NCBI RefSeq assembly: GCF_947568905.1
Contig: NC_079164.1
Span: forward strand, 53,444,001 to 53,508,000
Length of the DNA: 64,000 bases
Source of the DNA: Ostrea edulis
Lineage: Eukaryota
Direction of reading: 5' to 3'
The notes under the pieces were generated by a model. That model had not been told where the DNA came from and did no database searches. It saw nothing but the letters and a program-made list of their open reading frames with translations. This document shows positions 62,662 to 64,000 of this stretch, piece after piece. How positions within the stretch are numbered: position 1 is the stretch's first letter; every line of letters begins with the position of its first letter. A program made the position numbers and the translations under genes.

Positions 62662-64000
62662 GTGAGTATAGGCACACGTTGACCAAATATTCAGGTCAGC
62701 CATTTTCGTAGCGCGGATTAACATTACAGGCCTACAGTTTCAATGCATTTCCTTCTGTCGAAATCGTAGGATAATGTGCTGAATGTATTAGTATACATGT
62801 GTTGAAATGGAAAAAAAAATATCTTTACAATTTCTAATGTGTTGTTTTGTTGTACATAATACACATCGCAAGTGATAAAGCTGGAGTCTCGAGGGAACGT
62901 ATACAAATTTAAACCATGATTATGGTATGAAAGAAAATGGGGCCCAAGAAAATACGTGTGGTGAATGAGTGTAAAAATTTGCCCTCCCACCGAATTTTGT
63001 TATAACCTTTTCTGATGTTAGCATGTCACTGTGGTGTGTGTTTTAGGTACGGGTGTATTTCTTTTTAGAGAATTATTGATTTACTATAATAACTTGGTTG
63101 GTTCTTTTGGAATTGCGTAGCCTTCGTCTGTTTGAGAATCCTTTTGGGTGCAGTGCCACATATTTTGACCTTTGCTTGACACAGTACCATTAAAGGCTAT
63201 TTTATTGCACCAACATCTACTGACATGTCATTGGACATCATTTAACTATTTATTATGAAAGACCCCCGACATTGATCACTACTAGTACTTAGTGAGTGCC
63301 AGGCAGAGGAACTGTTGAACCTGTTTGAACAACTCAAGTTTTTTGCTGTTGGATGCCCTGGATTGAACCCCAGGGTTCATACAGACCTTGAAATTTTGAC
63401 CCAGTCCTTACTGAAAAGTGCTTGAAAATGCGTATATCATATGCCACAATAATGTGGAAAAGTGCTTAGATATGCATTTTAAATGCTTTATTTCTTATAG
63501 TAATATGGTGCAAGAATTCAGCATAAAAGATCATATTTATTCTCCACTGCTCCGTGTAGGGTGGAATTTTGGCCCTATTCTCAATCTCAAAATGAATCCT
63601 TACTACTTTCCTAGAATTTGGCTACATAATTTAATTCTTGATCAGAATGCAAAATATTTATTCAGAGAAAACGAACTTTATAGTCATACTTCCAAAAAAG
63701 ATTAATTTGTCCAAAACTAAAGGGAACAATAACTTGTCAGGGTTGTTAGCACCAGCCCAAACAAAACTTGGTCACAAGTAGTATCTTTTTAGTTGGTTTT
63801 ATTGACACATATTGAAATATAATGCTTCATAGAAATTTGATTTAAAAAGCTTTTTCCGATTACATCTTGGGGGGGAAAAAAAATAAAAGAGAATTTTTAT
63901 TTTATTTTATTTTTTACTTTTTCTTTTATTCAGTAAATATTTGCCTTGTACACTGGGGAACAAACTTGTACACAATACAGACATTTGTGAGCACTGACAT

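Noticed and set aside
63048-63069. Possible SPEN exon 2 after TTTTAG (would read R-Y-G)
   Set aside because: It continues CISF then a stop rather than the conserved RRM; likely a chance cryptic acceptor.

Overview
AT-rich, repeat-dense animal DNA with spliceosomal introns. The repeat families (166-bp Cg170-like monomers inside Helentron-type non-autonomous elements, tRNA-derived SINEs, Penelope-like RT fragments) point to an oyster or related bivalve; this is an inference. Three host genes were reconstructed by hand from splice sites. (1) A 3-exon claudin/PMP22-superfamily tetraspan gene on + (9650-24302, 336 aa) with a duplicated acidic C-tail. (2) A complete 6-exon amidohydrolase of the bacterial-type COG3964 'dihydroorotase-like deacetylase' family on - (62107-33275, 424 aa) with all metal ligands intact. 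(3) Exon 1 of a SPEN/MINT-like gene on + (62579-62661), head-to-head with the amidohydrolase about 470 bp away. Almost all long ORFs in the supplied track are artefacts of tandem repeats. The most notable non-genic observations are four. A type I hammerhead ribozyme lies in a 351-nt head-to-tail retrozyme-like unit (49759-50217). A mariner carries 41 in-frame copies of the 13 codons around its catalytic QDNA motif. Several other minisatellites were amplified in situ from transposon sequence. An AcademH-type mini-element retains helicase and zinc-finger stubs. Two different TTAA-targeting elements also sit in the same TTAA of two SINE copies.
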